NCBI GenBank assembly: GCA_965655095.1
Contig: OZ296650.1
Location: forward strand, 47,182,001-47,246,000
Origin: Haplodiscus bocki
Taxonomy: Eukaryota
DNA length: 64,000 nt
Direction: 5' to 3'
The notes beneath the pieces were generated by a model, which had not been told where the DNA came from, made no database searches, and was given only the letters and a program-made list of their open reading frames with translations. How positions within the stretch are numbered: position 1 is the stretch's first letter; each line of letters begins with the position of its first letter. Shown here piece by piece: positions 23,414 through 35,300 of the stretch. The translations under genes and the position numbers were made by a program.

Positions 23414-26260
23414 CTATCGCAACTGAATTGCCTTCTTTTAAACACTAGAAGTCTAATTGATGTAGATAGAAGAATGAAGTTTGCAACGGCTGTTAGCTTG
23501 AACACCTGTATGATTCTTTGTCTCACGGAAACATGGCTTACCGCAAACATAGGCGACTCTGAGCTATATCTATGTAATTTTAACATCTACCGCAGTGAAA
23601 GAGAACCAACAAAGGAGGGCGCATCACGCCATGGAGGAGCATTGATCGCGGTAAACAAAAATATTAAGTCTGAGCAGCTCAATCTGAAACTTCCCAACTG
23701 CTGCGTTGCAGCTCAACTACAGCTTCTGAAACCAATCGTTCTTTGCGTTTTTTACAATCCACCTAGAGGTAGTACCTATCGGTATACTTTTGAAGACTTC
23801 AATATCTTGGTGAACTCTCTCTTGAAAAAGAACACTCCGGTCGTTGTCTGTGGTGACATAAACTTCCCAAATACGAACTGGGACACGAACCAAAGCATTG
23901 ACGCCGAAGAAAACAACATGCTGAACGAGCTAGATCGCTTAAATGCCGAGCAAGTGATTAGGTTTCCGACTTGCGGTAGGAAGACATTAGACGTAGTCTT
24001 TGCGAAAGATCTAGTAGTAAATGCACAAATCGATGAAAAGTTTGAAAGTTGCTACAACTGTTCCGATCACCGACCGGTCTCTTTTGATTTCTACATAGCA
24101 ATGAGAAAACCGAAGCCACTTCACGATTGTTACTACAGCTACGGCTCTGCGAACTATGATGAAATAAGAACCTACATGAACCAAAATCCTTTTAGGCCCG
24201 AGTGCTTCACTAACATCAATAGAATGAACAAGGAATTTGAAATCTATTGCAACGGAATTATCGATATGTTCGTGCCCCGAAGAACGAGACATCGTCAGAG
24301 TCTACCTGTTTGGTATACGAGTGACACATCAAACTTGCTCAAGCGTGTCGAGACTCAAAGGCGACTTTATCAATCAAAACCGACCTCATATCGAAAACTA
24401 AAACTGTCTGAAATGGAAAAACTGCTGCTAGAAGAAGCCGAACGCGACAAATCAGAATATCAATATAAACTCTTCTCATCTCGAAAAACGAATTTTCTCT
24501 TTAAACATTTTAAATCAATGAACAAAAATGCTGACATACCCGAAGTTTTAAGATTTGGCACTGAAGAAGCTAAAACCATGCAACAAAAAGCAAACCTTTT
24601 AAACGAATATTTCCAGTCTGTGTACTCACAGCCATGTAAAATCTCGACAAGACAAACAAGTGAAGTAACGGAAGGATTAGTGACTAATTTTTCTGTCTCA
24701 AAGCAATTAATTAGATCAATTCTTGAAGAAACTGATGAAACAAAGTCCAGAGGACCTGATGGTATCCCTCCAATTTTCTTCAAAAAGCTAGCTGAACCTA
24801 TGAGTTGTGCATTCAACACGCTATTTAGAACTGTGAAAAGACTCAAAGCGATTCCAGAAGACTGGAAAACTGGTGCCATTTCGCCAATTCACAAAAAAGG
24901 CAGCAAAAACGCTGTAGAAAACTATAGGCCGGTTACGCTATTGAATTTTGCCAGCAAGACACTTGAAAGATGCATGAACGTCCCGCTCTACAACCACTTG
25001 GCAACACTTGTCAGTAATTGTCAGCATGGATTCATCAAAAACAGATCTGTTTTATCAAATCTCCTGTCCTACCTTAAAATGGTATCAGAAACGTTAGACG
25101 CTGACCCCAAAACCGAAATACTCGCTTTTTACACAGATTTTGCAAAAGCATTTGACAAAGTTCCCCACTCCGAACTTCTTCACAAATTGGAAAATATGGG
25201 AGTAGGCGGATGCTTTCTTCAAGTTCTAGTTGACTATCTCACCAATAGAAAACACTACGTACGTATTGGAAATTGCAGCTCAACGAAACTAAATATAACA
25301 AGCGGTGTACCTCAAGGCTCCATCCTGGGTCCGACGTTATTCTGCTTTTTCATTAACGACCTTCCGAATGCGTTTCGAAATTCCTACACGCTTCTTTTTG
25401 CTGATGACCTAAAATTTGTTACGACCACAAACAACCATGTTATAATCGAGCTTGAACTAAAACGCTTCCAACGCTGGAACAAAGAAAACCAAATGTTACT
25501 CTCTGAAGGCAAAAACGGTTTCCTAGAATTTCGCGGTTCAAACAGCAACTTCGAATTGAATACAGAGATCCTCAAACCGGCCGAATACATGAAAGACTTG
25601 GGAGTGTTCATATGTCCTGACCTAACTTGGAACAAGCATATCGATGAGAAACTCAAAAAAGCTGTACAAACGCTTTACTTTGTAAAGCGGAACACTTCTT
25701 TTCAAACAAATTCACTAGCAAAACTGTGTCTATATAAGTCTATGATACTTCCGATCATTACATACGCTTCGCCCTGTCTACATCTGAGCAAGAAATCTCA
25801 GGCCAAAATTGAAGTCTTCCAAAAACGAGTTTTGAAGTGGGTCCTTGCAGACTACAAATTACCATACAGAGTTTTGCTAGAAAAGTCTAAATTGCTGCCT
25901 CTATCCTTGTTTCTCCAAATATTGGATCTGCTACATCTATCCAAGCTGTGCCAAAATGATCGGCAAACACCGAAGCTATTTGAAAAAACATTCAACCCAA
26001 GATCGCTGACGTTCAAATTCGAACTGCCAAAAGTTAGGACAGAAAAAGCGCGCACAGAGTTTTGCTTCAGAACTTGCAGGGTGGCAAACTTTTTACCTCC
26101 CCATGTCGAATTTTTCAATCCAATAGGTCTAAAGAAACGACTGACGGCGTTCTACTGGAATCTATTTGCAACTAGATACACTGAAAACAACTCCTGCACG
26201 TGGCACTTCGCATGCGACTGCCACTCGTGCCGAAACTCCTGGAGCCTTTGGACAATATAG
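23414..26260 (+). CDS. LINE ORF2p: AP endonuclease + reverse transcriptase, Cys-rich C-terminus
   Basis: APE motifs LNTRSL, LTETWL, HGGALI, YNPP, GDINFP, LDVV, SDH. RT motifs GPDGIP, NYRPVTL, QHGF, DFAKAFDKV, GVPQGSILGP, FADD. Open from 23414 (first ATG 23474). Ends CTWHFACDCHSCR. Confidence 0.97.
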   Translation, partial: LSQLNCLLLNTRSLIDVDRRMKFATAVSLNTCMILCLTETWLTANIGDSELYLCNFNIYRSEREPTKEGASRHGGALIAVNKNIKSEQLNLKLPNCCVAAQLQLLKPIVLCVFYNPPRGSTYRYTFEDFNILVNSLLKKNTPVVVCGDINFPNTNWDTNQSIDAEENNMLNELDRLNAEQVIRFPTCGRKTLDVVFAKDLVVNAQIDEKFESCYNCSDHRPVSFDFYIAMRKPKPLHDCYYSYGSANYDEIRTYMNQNPFRPECFTNINRMNKEFEIYCNGIIDMFVPRRTRHRQSLPVWYTSDTSNLLKRVETQRRLYQSKPTSYRKLKLSEMEKLLLEEAERDKSEYQYKLFSSRKTNFLFKHFKSMNKNADIPEVLRFGTEEAKTMQQKANLLNEYFQSVYSQPCKISTRQTSEVTEGLVTNFSVSKQLIRSILEETDETKSRGPDGIPPIFFKKLAEPMSCAFNTLFRTVKRLKAIPEDWKTGAISPIHKKGSKNAVENYRPVTLLNFASKTLERCMNVPLYNHLATLVSNCQHGFIKNRSVLSNLLSYLKMVSETLDADPKTEILAFYTDFAKAFDKVPHSELLHKLENMGVGGCFLQVLVDYLTNRKHYVRIGNCSSTKLNITSGVPQGSILGPTLFCFFINDLPNAFRNSYTLLFADDLKFVTTTNNHVIIELELKRFQRWNKENQMLLSEGKNGFLEFRGSNSNFELNTEILKPAEYMKDLGVFICPDLTWNKHIDEKLKKAVQTLYFVKRNTSFQTNSLAKLCLYKSMILPIITYASPCLHLSKKSQAKIEVFQKRVLKWVLADYKLPYRVLLEKSKLLPLSLFLQILDLLHLSKLCQNDRQTPKLFEKTFNPRSLTFKFELPKVRTEKARTEFCFRTCRVANFLPPHVEFFNPIGLKKRLTAFYWNLFATRYTENNSCTWHFACDCHSCRNSWSLWTI

Positions 26261-27085
26261 GGAGAAGTCCCCCCAGTCTGCAGGCTGGAAATTCACTACA
26301 ACAACAAATTTCACTGTGCCTTTCATGGGCATGCTGAACCGGCATAAATGGAGCGAACCGGGTGATTTGCCAGCGTTTAATTTACTTATTCCTTACTTTG
26401 ACAAAAAAACACGTATTTTCACCTGTTTTCCGTGGCGAAAAAAAATAGAACATTTTTCGGAGGCATAGAACCTCAACGATGTTTTCGAATGAAATGAATG
26501 GCCAAATTACAGCTGCATGACCAAATTTCTTGCTTAAATTTGATTTACATCGACTCACTTTTGTAGAATTCAACGGAGTTCCATTTTTCTTTGCTTACTT
26601 CGCACCGAAAAAAATTTTCGGTTTTTTTCGACGAAAAAATCTTCAAAATGTTGTATAGAATCCGGAAGATAAAAGGCCTGTCTTAAATAAACAATCGTCT
26701 TGTATAAAACAAACCAACATGCTTTTAGCGGCGCTATCGTAGATAAAGCCGAGGCTTGGAATCACAACGATTTCTCCACTTTTTCCCCTGGTACTTTATT
26801 TTACACCATCCGTACAGTCAAAGACAAGCACAGGCAAGTTCTCAAAAACACCAAATTGTTCTCTACGAAACTTTTTGGTAATGAGAGACAAAAAAATTGA
26901 AGAAATCGTGATACACCCCCCCCCTCCCTCTTATGCATGCATAAACTTTCTTTGATAACGGCAACTTTCAGAAACAACAAAGAGTCCGTCCCCCTCTATT
27001 GTTAAGCCAAATTTGCGTGCTCGACAGATGGGTCCCGCCGATGTTTGAGCAGCTCTCAGCTGGCTAATATAGTCTCAATGCTTAC

Positions 27086-27384
27086 GCTGCGTTTGTGATG
27101 AGGGCTTTGCTTCTGTCTTGGACGACACTGATGACTACGTCACAAACTAATCTGCATCCAAACCCTCTTCCCAGACCAAGGTATCCGTCTGTGCGAACGA
27201 TATGTTTCATGTAACTTAGTCCTCCAGGCAGTCTAGTGACTGGGCCCCCTGCGAAGCCCCAGCTGCGACCCTTGAAAGAGGCAAGCGGCTCATAGCCTAA
27301 CTGCATCAGGGTTTTAGTGTATGTCATAGGGTACATCACATTGTTGATCGAGGCATTTATCAAAGGCGGAATCAAGTAAGACAT
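27086..27384 (-). CDS. MTCH: First coding exon of a mitochondrial carrier homolog (MTCH1/MTCH2 family) gene
   Basis: YPMTYTKTLMQLGYEPL...LPGGLSYMKHIVRTDGYLGLGRG..RL matches MTCH2 QPLMYVKVLIQVGYEPL...LPGLFSYAQHIASIDGRRGLFTG..RL. GTAAG donor at 27085. Polypyrimidine-TAG acceptor at 27396-27405, just upstream of the ATG. Confidence 0.92.
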
Positions 27385-27518
27385 CTTTCACAATTCTAAA
27401 AAAAAGAACAACGTACCGAAGCATACTCTGGGGTCCTGGTACAAATTCCGGTTACTTTATATAAATTTAATAATTAAGTAACTAATTTCGCTAGCACTCC
27501 CCATTTGAGAGTTAGATA

Positions 27519-27580
27519 TTCGCCTCTAGAATACCCGCCAGTCGCAGTCTTCGCCTCTAGAATACCCGCCAGTCGCAGTC
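27519..27580. repeat. Perfect 2 x 31-bp tandem duplication upstream of MTCH
   Basis: TTCGCCTCTAGAATACCCGCCAGTCGCAGTC at 27519-27549 and 27550-27580. Confidence 0.95.
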
Positions 27581-28789
27581 TACAACAAAAATGTATCATC
27601 TTTTTGAATTGAAAAATTGAATGCGGGTGTATTCTATGTCAACCAACACTATCTGCCAAAACGATTTTACAATTGTTGGCGGAACATCGTGGCAGGGCTA
27701 ACTTCGAGGCAACAGATTACTCATTAAAGCTATTAAAACTGTGCGTTTCCTATCAAAAGTCGTGGTTAGTTTTTGTGGGAACGGGGACTGATTGAGCGTT
27801 GCTGAGGCTTAGAAAGGGGGCTCTAATCAAAAGGGAGGTCGAAATAATAACTTCATCGACTTCATTAGTTCAAAACTTGGAATTTACTCATTTTCCCACC
27901 AACATTTGCATCAGGCAAATTTATTTTAAAAATTGCAGACAAGCAACGTAAACATATGCGAAGACGGCAACACATTTCCAACAAGTTCAAAAATCTATAC
28001 CAGGGGGTCACAATTAGAGGGGGTTGACAATTTTGAGGCTCAGATACTACGAACGAAAATGGTTGACTCATAATTAAAACCACAGAGTATATATACCATT
28101 ATGGACGCAATCGGTACTTACCAAATTTTCCGATGAATAAAATTTTATAGCAACTAGTCATTATGTCCACACGCGATGTTTGACATGAAAAATTTAAATC
28201 GTTATGATACATTTCAATGATTTCAACAACAAATTAGGCTTTGACTGCATTTCTACTGAAATTCAAAATTGTTAAACTACCGAAGTATGACGGTGAGAAT
28301 TCGGTTATATGCTCAAAAACATAGGAGCCATCAAGGATGCCAGGCTTTGAGCGCTACGAACATAGAATAAAAATATGGGATTAAGCAAAATTAGCAGAAC
28401 AATTCAATCAAAATTAGCACACTATCCAAAGAGTCGAAATTTTTGCTTTCAATCAGCTACTGGTCAATTTTTCCTTCTTTAAAAAGTTAGCAATATTTCG
28501 ATGCTTTGTGAATCACTTCGAAAAATGCGGAAAACAAATTGCGAAATAACGTGACAAATTGAGATTATATTTCAAGTACTTGGAAAAAAAGTGTAAATGA
28601 TGACGTTCGCTCTAGCTTAGCGAAGCCAAGGAAAAAAATACAAATACAAGCAAATAAACAACATATGGGAAACTCCGCTTCACCAACACTTGCGAAACCA
28701 AAACCACACGGGAAAAAACAACAGAAAATTTATCTCCGATTCCAAATTAAACTCTGCTGTAGTTGCTACTTGATTCAACTCAATTCATC

Positions 28790-29480
28790 CGAGCTAAGAT
28801 ACAATTCCTCCACAAAAGATACAGGCTGCAAGTATTCGAATCAGCGTTGGATGGAGCTAATCCGAAAACTGGTCGAAAACAAATTTATCCGGCAAGGAAA
28901 GTGAAAACATTTTCGACATCTCGTAATTTCAGGTGAAAATTGTTCGCAATAAAACTCAAAAACAGGCTATACAAGCCTCTTTACAAAAAATCTAGAACGC
29001 AAGTGGTTGAACCAGCTCCAAATTGACTCAATCATACCCGATTCATTGAGAAAAAAACACTTTTAACGCAAGTGAAACATCTTCGACTTTTTCGGCAACA
29101 AGTCAGAAATCTTGGCAATGAAAAATCAAGATATAGGCTGCAAGCAATTCCACGGACACTCCAGGCTACCAGTATTTAGATCAGCTTTGGAGTGACCCAA
29201 TCTATTTACTATTCGTTTCGACGAAAAAGGCCAGTAAAAACACATTTCGACTTTCCAAATACAGGTCAAGAATTTTCGCAAAAAAACTATAAGATAGACC
29301 AAGAAAGAACCTATAGACCGTGGAAGAATTTTGCAGAACCTATAGGCCTTGGGCAGTCGAATCAGCGCTAGATGGAGCCGATCGGACCACTCCGTACTGA
29401 GAAAAAGACATTTTGAAAAAAAAATGGAATTAAGATGATTATCAATTTCTCAAGTACAAGTCAAGATTATTGGCAAAATT
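28790..29480. repeat. Decayed tandem array, ~170-190 bp period, about 4 copies
   Basis: Recurring CAT.TTCGAC...CA(G/A)GTCA..AAT..T.GCAA at ~28908, 29078, 29243 and 29440; recurring AGGCT...CGAATCAGCG. Confidence 0.65.
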
Positions 29481-29599
29481 CAACACAACCGATCACAAAC
29501 AGTTTGCAGTAATTCCTGAAACGAAGCAAAACAACATTCACCAGCGAGCCGCCTTTTCTGCAGTAACAACTCCGGTCTAGCACAGAAAATTGCAGTCGA

Positions 29600-30350
29600 A
29601 TAATTTTGAAAAAGTGTCAGCTTATCTCATTTCCAAGGGAGTTGCTTAACACAAGTACAGGACAGAGGCGAGCCTGAACTACTACTCACCCTAAAAAACC
29701 GACTCCCAGTAGAATTATAAAAAATGGAGCGCGCGAAGGATTACATTGAAACTAACGCTACCCAGCAAACGTTTCAACCTGCAGAACAAAAACAACACAA
29801 GACACCCTCTTATTGTTTTAGCTATTCAATGCATGGTTGATCCACGGGGAGAAACAGACATCTAAGCTTACTCCTAAGGCACTTTTAAAAAATTACATAG
29901 CATATTTGAAGAACAAACTAGTCGAAAGCCCCAAAAAAGAACATTTTGAGTACAAGTGAAGGCATTTGGTGAAAAAAAAAACATTCAGCGGACGACCTCT
30001 GCGACTTTCGGTTATCTCAAAGCAAAAAAAAACCAGATGGAAACCAGATGGACACAATGCAAGGAACAGTATTCGTGGTATACGACTCTGACGAAAAATC
30101 AAAGTTAACACTTCTGGGATACACCTATTACAAGCCAAGAGAACTTACTAGAGAAGCATGAGTCAAACCATCGCTGCCCCTCATGGCAAAAATTCATCCA
30201 ATTAGCCATCAATCGACAAAATCTGACCAACAGTCTTGGAGAAAAAAAACCTGCGATCAACGGCACAATTAAAAGGATCTTGGGTGTTTTCAATAACAAG
30301 TTGCACATTTTTCATCAAGAATAAAACAAGAAGCCCGGCCATTGAAAACA
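29600..30350 (+). pseudogene. Heavily decayed fragment of an LTR-retrotransposon reverse transcriptase
   Basis: Traces resembling xxDD..FG (~29985), LGYT (~30115) and AQLKRILG (~30265) in RT order. Confidence 0.35.
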
Positions 30351-31789
30351 TTGAAACGACGAATTAGCAGTGAATAATCAAAATCCTATAGCCTTGTCTT
30401 CTCCCTTTCAATGCTGAGCTGGATTTAGGCGGTACGTGCTTGAAAATTTCTCAAATTATAAATGGAAAATCAGCAATGTTTTTACTTGCGTCGTTCGATG
30501 AAAACCCTTTTCTCAATGACACATGGTCCTATTCAGTTCACTCAGTAGCGAGTCAACTTTCACGGTCTAAAGATTCTGCAAAGTAGCATTGATAGCGAGG
30601 AGTAAAATGTGATGTAAACAGCGATAAAGTGTACTGGATTAAATCTGTACTACACTGATCGCTACTAATCACTGATCAGTGGAGATTAACCTACTTCCAC
30701 TGATCTCTACAAACTTCGCAAAAAAAGGAAGTATTATCGGAACGGAGAGAAATTGAAAAACATGGAACGAAAATAATTGAGTAGAAGGCAATGCATTTCG
30801 CTCCATGGATTAGCCGGCCATTCAAGGAGCCAACTTCCAAGGGCGCGAATAATGGAAAGAAAGTAAGAACCTATACGCAATAAGCTTATCAGTTTAGGGC
30901 TTAAGAGGAGATATCAGAAACTGCATCAGTCTCCTTGAAATTGACGCGCCGAAGGTGTGGTTTCTCCAGATTTTATCACAGTTAGAAGAATTCACTCAGA
31001 ACAACGTCAAAACTTGAAGAACGTCAAAAAACAAGAGGCGCTGTGACATCGCGATAATCTGCGTCAGCAACTGCGAAACAAAAAACATTAAAAGCGGAGA
31101 AAACAGCTGGTAACGTCGAAAGCATTTTCTTTGCCAATTTATAATTCGAAAATCAAGAATTCCATTGCTGGTTCAGAAAAATTTGAAAAAAGTAAACCTG
31201 CGGTCAAATTTGTTTTCGTCTACAGAAAAGAATTCGCATCGTCCATGAAACCTCACGTGGCGTCGTTGTGGTTTGGTCACACAAAAACTGAGTTTGTTTG
31301 AAACCCAAGCGAGAAGTTACGGTTGGAAGTAGGGTAAATCTGTTCGAATATTCATGAAAAAGCAGGTTATTTTTTCGGATGAATTTCATCAAAACTTTCG
31401 AACAGGAAGAACAACTCAGCTAAGAAGAAAAAAGAGTTTTGTTACATCTCAAGCGAATTTGCGCTGAGTTGAAATCCCAGCTGCCATGCAATACAGTTTG
31501 AAAACGGCATTTTAGAGGCAAAAATCGCAAGTTCTCTTGTTCTTTCAAAAAAGTAATTAAATGCTTACAGTTGAAAACTCAAGGGACCGCTCAATGCTTA
31601 AATCGGATATTTCCGCCTAGCTGCGACAAAAATGAGCGCTTGAACAACCAAGTGGGTATATTTGCCGCCCGAAAGGTGGAAACACGATGACAAAGTTCGG
31701 AAATTTTTCCGATAGATTTCTCAGGAGATTTCACAATAAAAGAAGCAAAAAATCTCAGAAATCAGACAGCGGCGTAAAATAGTCTTTGC

Positions 31790-32310
31790 TGTTTTGCGCC
31801 ATATCCCCAAGAACATGAAAGCAAAATCTTCCTCTCAAATGAGCTATTTCCGACGCTTTTTTTAACCCGATTTTTGCCAATTGCGTTCACGCCAAACGCC
31901 AACATCGGCAAGTTTAATCACGCTACTAAACGTAAAATTATTTTTCCACCAAACTGTAGCATATTTGCCGTAGAATTCGCGACTGGAATAGTAAGAATTC
32001 TCAAAGCGTTCAAAATTTGGGTTTTTGGAAAAAAAGATGGGTTTTTTCGAAAAACTTTTTTTGGAATTTTTTTGAAATCCCTAAAGGTTGCAAACTTGCT
32101 GTAGAATGCGTATCAAATGGTATTATTTTGTAAAAAAAAGTCTTTTCCATCGTGATTATGGGTTTTTCAGCAAAAGACAGAAAAAATTTGAAAGTTGGAA
32201 AAGTTAGAAAAAATGTTCTTTTTCTGAAAGAAATGTTTCCATCTTCTTGAAAGCCTTCTTTACAAAAATGGGAAGGCGCAAAATATGCCGGTGGTAGCCG
32301 GCCGTCTTGT
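31790..32310 (+). mobile_element. Non-autonomous ~520-bp element ending in hairpin + TCTTGT (Helitron/Helentron-like end), copy 1
   Basis: GCCGG-TGGTAG-CCGGC hairpin followed by CGTCTTGT|T. Homologous over its length to 36119-36610 in the opposite orientation. Confidence 0.7.
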
Positions 32311-35300
32311 TGTATCGCCTCGGCAATTTTAGGATCAGTTAAGTGCTTAGCTGCCATGCTATCCCATTCAGAAGGAGTCAGGCGAAGGTACATCTAATAT
32401 TTCGTAATGAAAAAATTAAATACCCTTGGATCTTTTGGTTTACTTCATCCGTCCAAATTGAAACAATCTCACTTTGGGTAAAACAAGAACTGAATTTTTC
32501 TTAAACAACGTGAGATTGTTCAAATTCGGAGGGACGGCTAAAAACCGAGAATCTTCAGAAAGAATGTTTTATCTCACAATTTCCTTCAAAAACTCTCGAA
32601 GAAAAACCACTAGACGCTAAGAAGAAAATGTGACTACCAATTCATACATTATCGTTTTAGTACGTCCCCAGCTCCACGGAATGGGCTTTTGCGGCTTGCT
32701 CCGACAACATTCAACTCCTTAAAAATGAGGTGGAAGTATGTACGATTATAGACACGCTAAAACTGAAGAAAAAAGTGAAAAGTTTTCTTCAGAAGCTCCC
32801 AACAACACGACGGAAACTACATAAACTTAATTAGAGCTCGAAAACACTGCTTGACAAAAGTTTAGGCGAAGTTTAGCTCTGTTGTAAGGTGAGCTGTCCT
32901 GGAACACCTTTTTCAAGCTTTCGGACGGTAAAAGTAACATTTTTCAAATTTCCCATTTCCAAAGTAATCAACTGCTCTTAGATCATATTGGACGCCACAA
33001 ATGCTTATACATGGTTCTTTCAAGTCTTGCTTTCACATATATTTAGTGCTTTCACAACCGAAATCAGGCTATTTACGGTTCAAAAGACGGCAGAGGTCTG
33101 TCAAACATCAGCAGGAAGCACGTGCTTTTTCCAAAGTTTCTAAAACTCCAACAAGAAAATATCAAAAAACTTAATACTAAAACTCATTTGCCTTTTCCTT
33201 TGGCTCAGGAACACTGAGGTTTGTGTAGAGGTGAGCTGCCATGCCACGCTGTTTTGAGTTCGCAAATAAGAGGAAGAAGTCTCAATTTTGTTCCATTTTC
33301 CTAATTAATTGGTAACTCAATGCTCTTAGGTGGACTGAGGTACTTCAGACTGCTTTCATTCCGCTCTTTTTGTTTTTCTGGGGCAACTGTCAAGCTCGTA
33401 AAGAACTTAGGCAAGGGTAATTAATGTTGAAAAGGTGCAAAACTGTGAAGAAATTCAGAAAAAAACTATGTTTCTTTTTCTTAATTTCCTTCAAAAACCG
33501 TAGAAAACGAAGAGAGCAAAACAAAAATGCAACAAAAACTCCATTCTATTCTTTGCTTTTCACAAAACCACATTTCGGCTCTGTTTAGGCCTCATCTGTT
33601 AAGCGATATCAATTTGATAACAACAAATTAGAGGTAAAAGTAGTTTATTTGCCCAGGCAAAAGCGAAAATTTTCACTTTCTCAAGGCAAGCCCTGAAAAC
33701 CTCACAACGCTTAGATGCGGCTAAATTTTCTCTAGTTAGACAATAGTGATGTCCATTTATAACTACAGTCACATTATTTACGGCTTCACAAGTTTCCGAA
33801 AAAAACTTCGATAAATTTCCACGGTTTTAATTGAGGATAAAACTCCTCCAAAAATGTCAAAATAACTGAATAAACCTGGAAGTGATTGAAAATCATATCT
33901 ACAGGTGCTAATATTCATGCCATTTTTTTGGAAAAATTACAAATTCTATAACTTTTTTCGGCCATTGTGAAAAACTTTCGGAGAGTCTCGAAAAATGTTT
34001 CCATAACCAAGCCAAACAGTTTTTGAAGGAAATTTAAACTGATTCCTTTAAAAAATGAAGCGGACGCACAGATAGACAAAGGCGACATAACTGACCCCAA
34101 CTGGCGTCATAATTTTGATTGCGCACACTCTGCTAGCGCTATTTGATCGAGTTGGAGACCCGCAAAAAAACGAAAGCCGTACGTAATTCACTTCTCTTCG
34201 CTTGCTCTCTCGTATAATAAAAAGAAATTATCCGGTTCCCTTTAGTGCTCAGCTTCAATCAGTCAGTCAATCACGCCAGCTTCTGCGAAAAAAACCACAG
34301 GGTGTAAGGCATTAAACGCATCAATTCCCATCGCGTTGAAAAAGTGCAGACTAACCAAAGCGTCAAAAATTTCAGTTTCGATGTTCTACCGGTCGATTGT
34401 GACGCTTCAATAATTTAAAGTTTCTCAACAATTTGGGAACAAACAAATTTTAGACGTGATAAATAGTCACCAACTTGAAAAAAGCGAAAAACAAGATGCC
34501 AATTCATTTGACATATTTAAGAATATTTCAATCTAAATTACTTGAATATTTAAATCATCATCAAATACCAACTACATCAAATACTTTAAATCTCAAAGTA
34601 AACAATGACGCTCGCTCTTGCTTGAAAAAACCGAAGTTAAATACGGAAGAACAAACGTAAATAATGAGCAGGGACCATTCCGGTTCACTTTAGCGATCAG
34701 ACTCGCCTACTCGGTCAATCACGAAAATTTCGTCATATGTGAAGAAAAAATTAAAATATATAAGTATCAAGTTTCATCTAATGCTTACAAATTCAAAGCA
34801 GCTCCTGAAAACCTTTCGTGCTCAGCCGTGTTGTCGCATAAGCGAACAGATAACCATTGACAGCATGTTTGCTCTAGAGATTTGGGATAAGTTTTCCATT
34901 TCATGAGGCTTGGCAAAGCAGTAAATAACTACAGTTACTTCGTTTGTCAAAAATATGGTGACCGGCCAAATCGAAACTCCATACCGCACAGTACCATGGT
35001 TGCAACTTTAAAGTAGCAACTTTAGCCTTGAGGGATTTAAAAAAAACGGGAGCCCGGGCAATGCTAGAGACCTGAAAGTGGTGCTACCCATGCAAAATCG
35101 AACTCCCCTGATTGAAATCTGAAGGGGTGGGCGCGTCGAGTTAAGCTTTTTGGCACTTGTTTTTCCAATAGATTTTGGTATTTTGAAGGAGGTCCTAAGC
35201 GATACAATTTTGTTGTTTCTAAGGCCGAACTCACTCAATACTCAATTTTAGAATACAGGTTTGAATGAAAATTTTGATAGTTCATTCATTCTTTTTGGAA

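Larger units (their letters stand above)
21735..26307 (+). mobile_element. Intact-looking non-LTR retrotransposon of the CR1 group (three ORFs)
   Basis: Uninterrupted ORF0, ORF1 (PHD) and ORF2 (APE-RT), short 3' UTR with hairpins and a CTACAACAACAA tail. No TSD found; 5' boundary approximate. Confidence 0.9.

Noticed and set aside
21941-26118. Minus-strand ORFs within the LINE
   Set aside because: Antisense shadows of the intact plus-strand ORFs.
30631-30705. Small hairpins (GATCAGTGGA/TCCACTGATC), and similarly 35376-35398
   Set aside because: Stems of 9-10 bp in TE-derived DNA with no supporting context; insufficient to call a feature.
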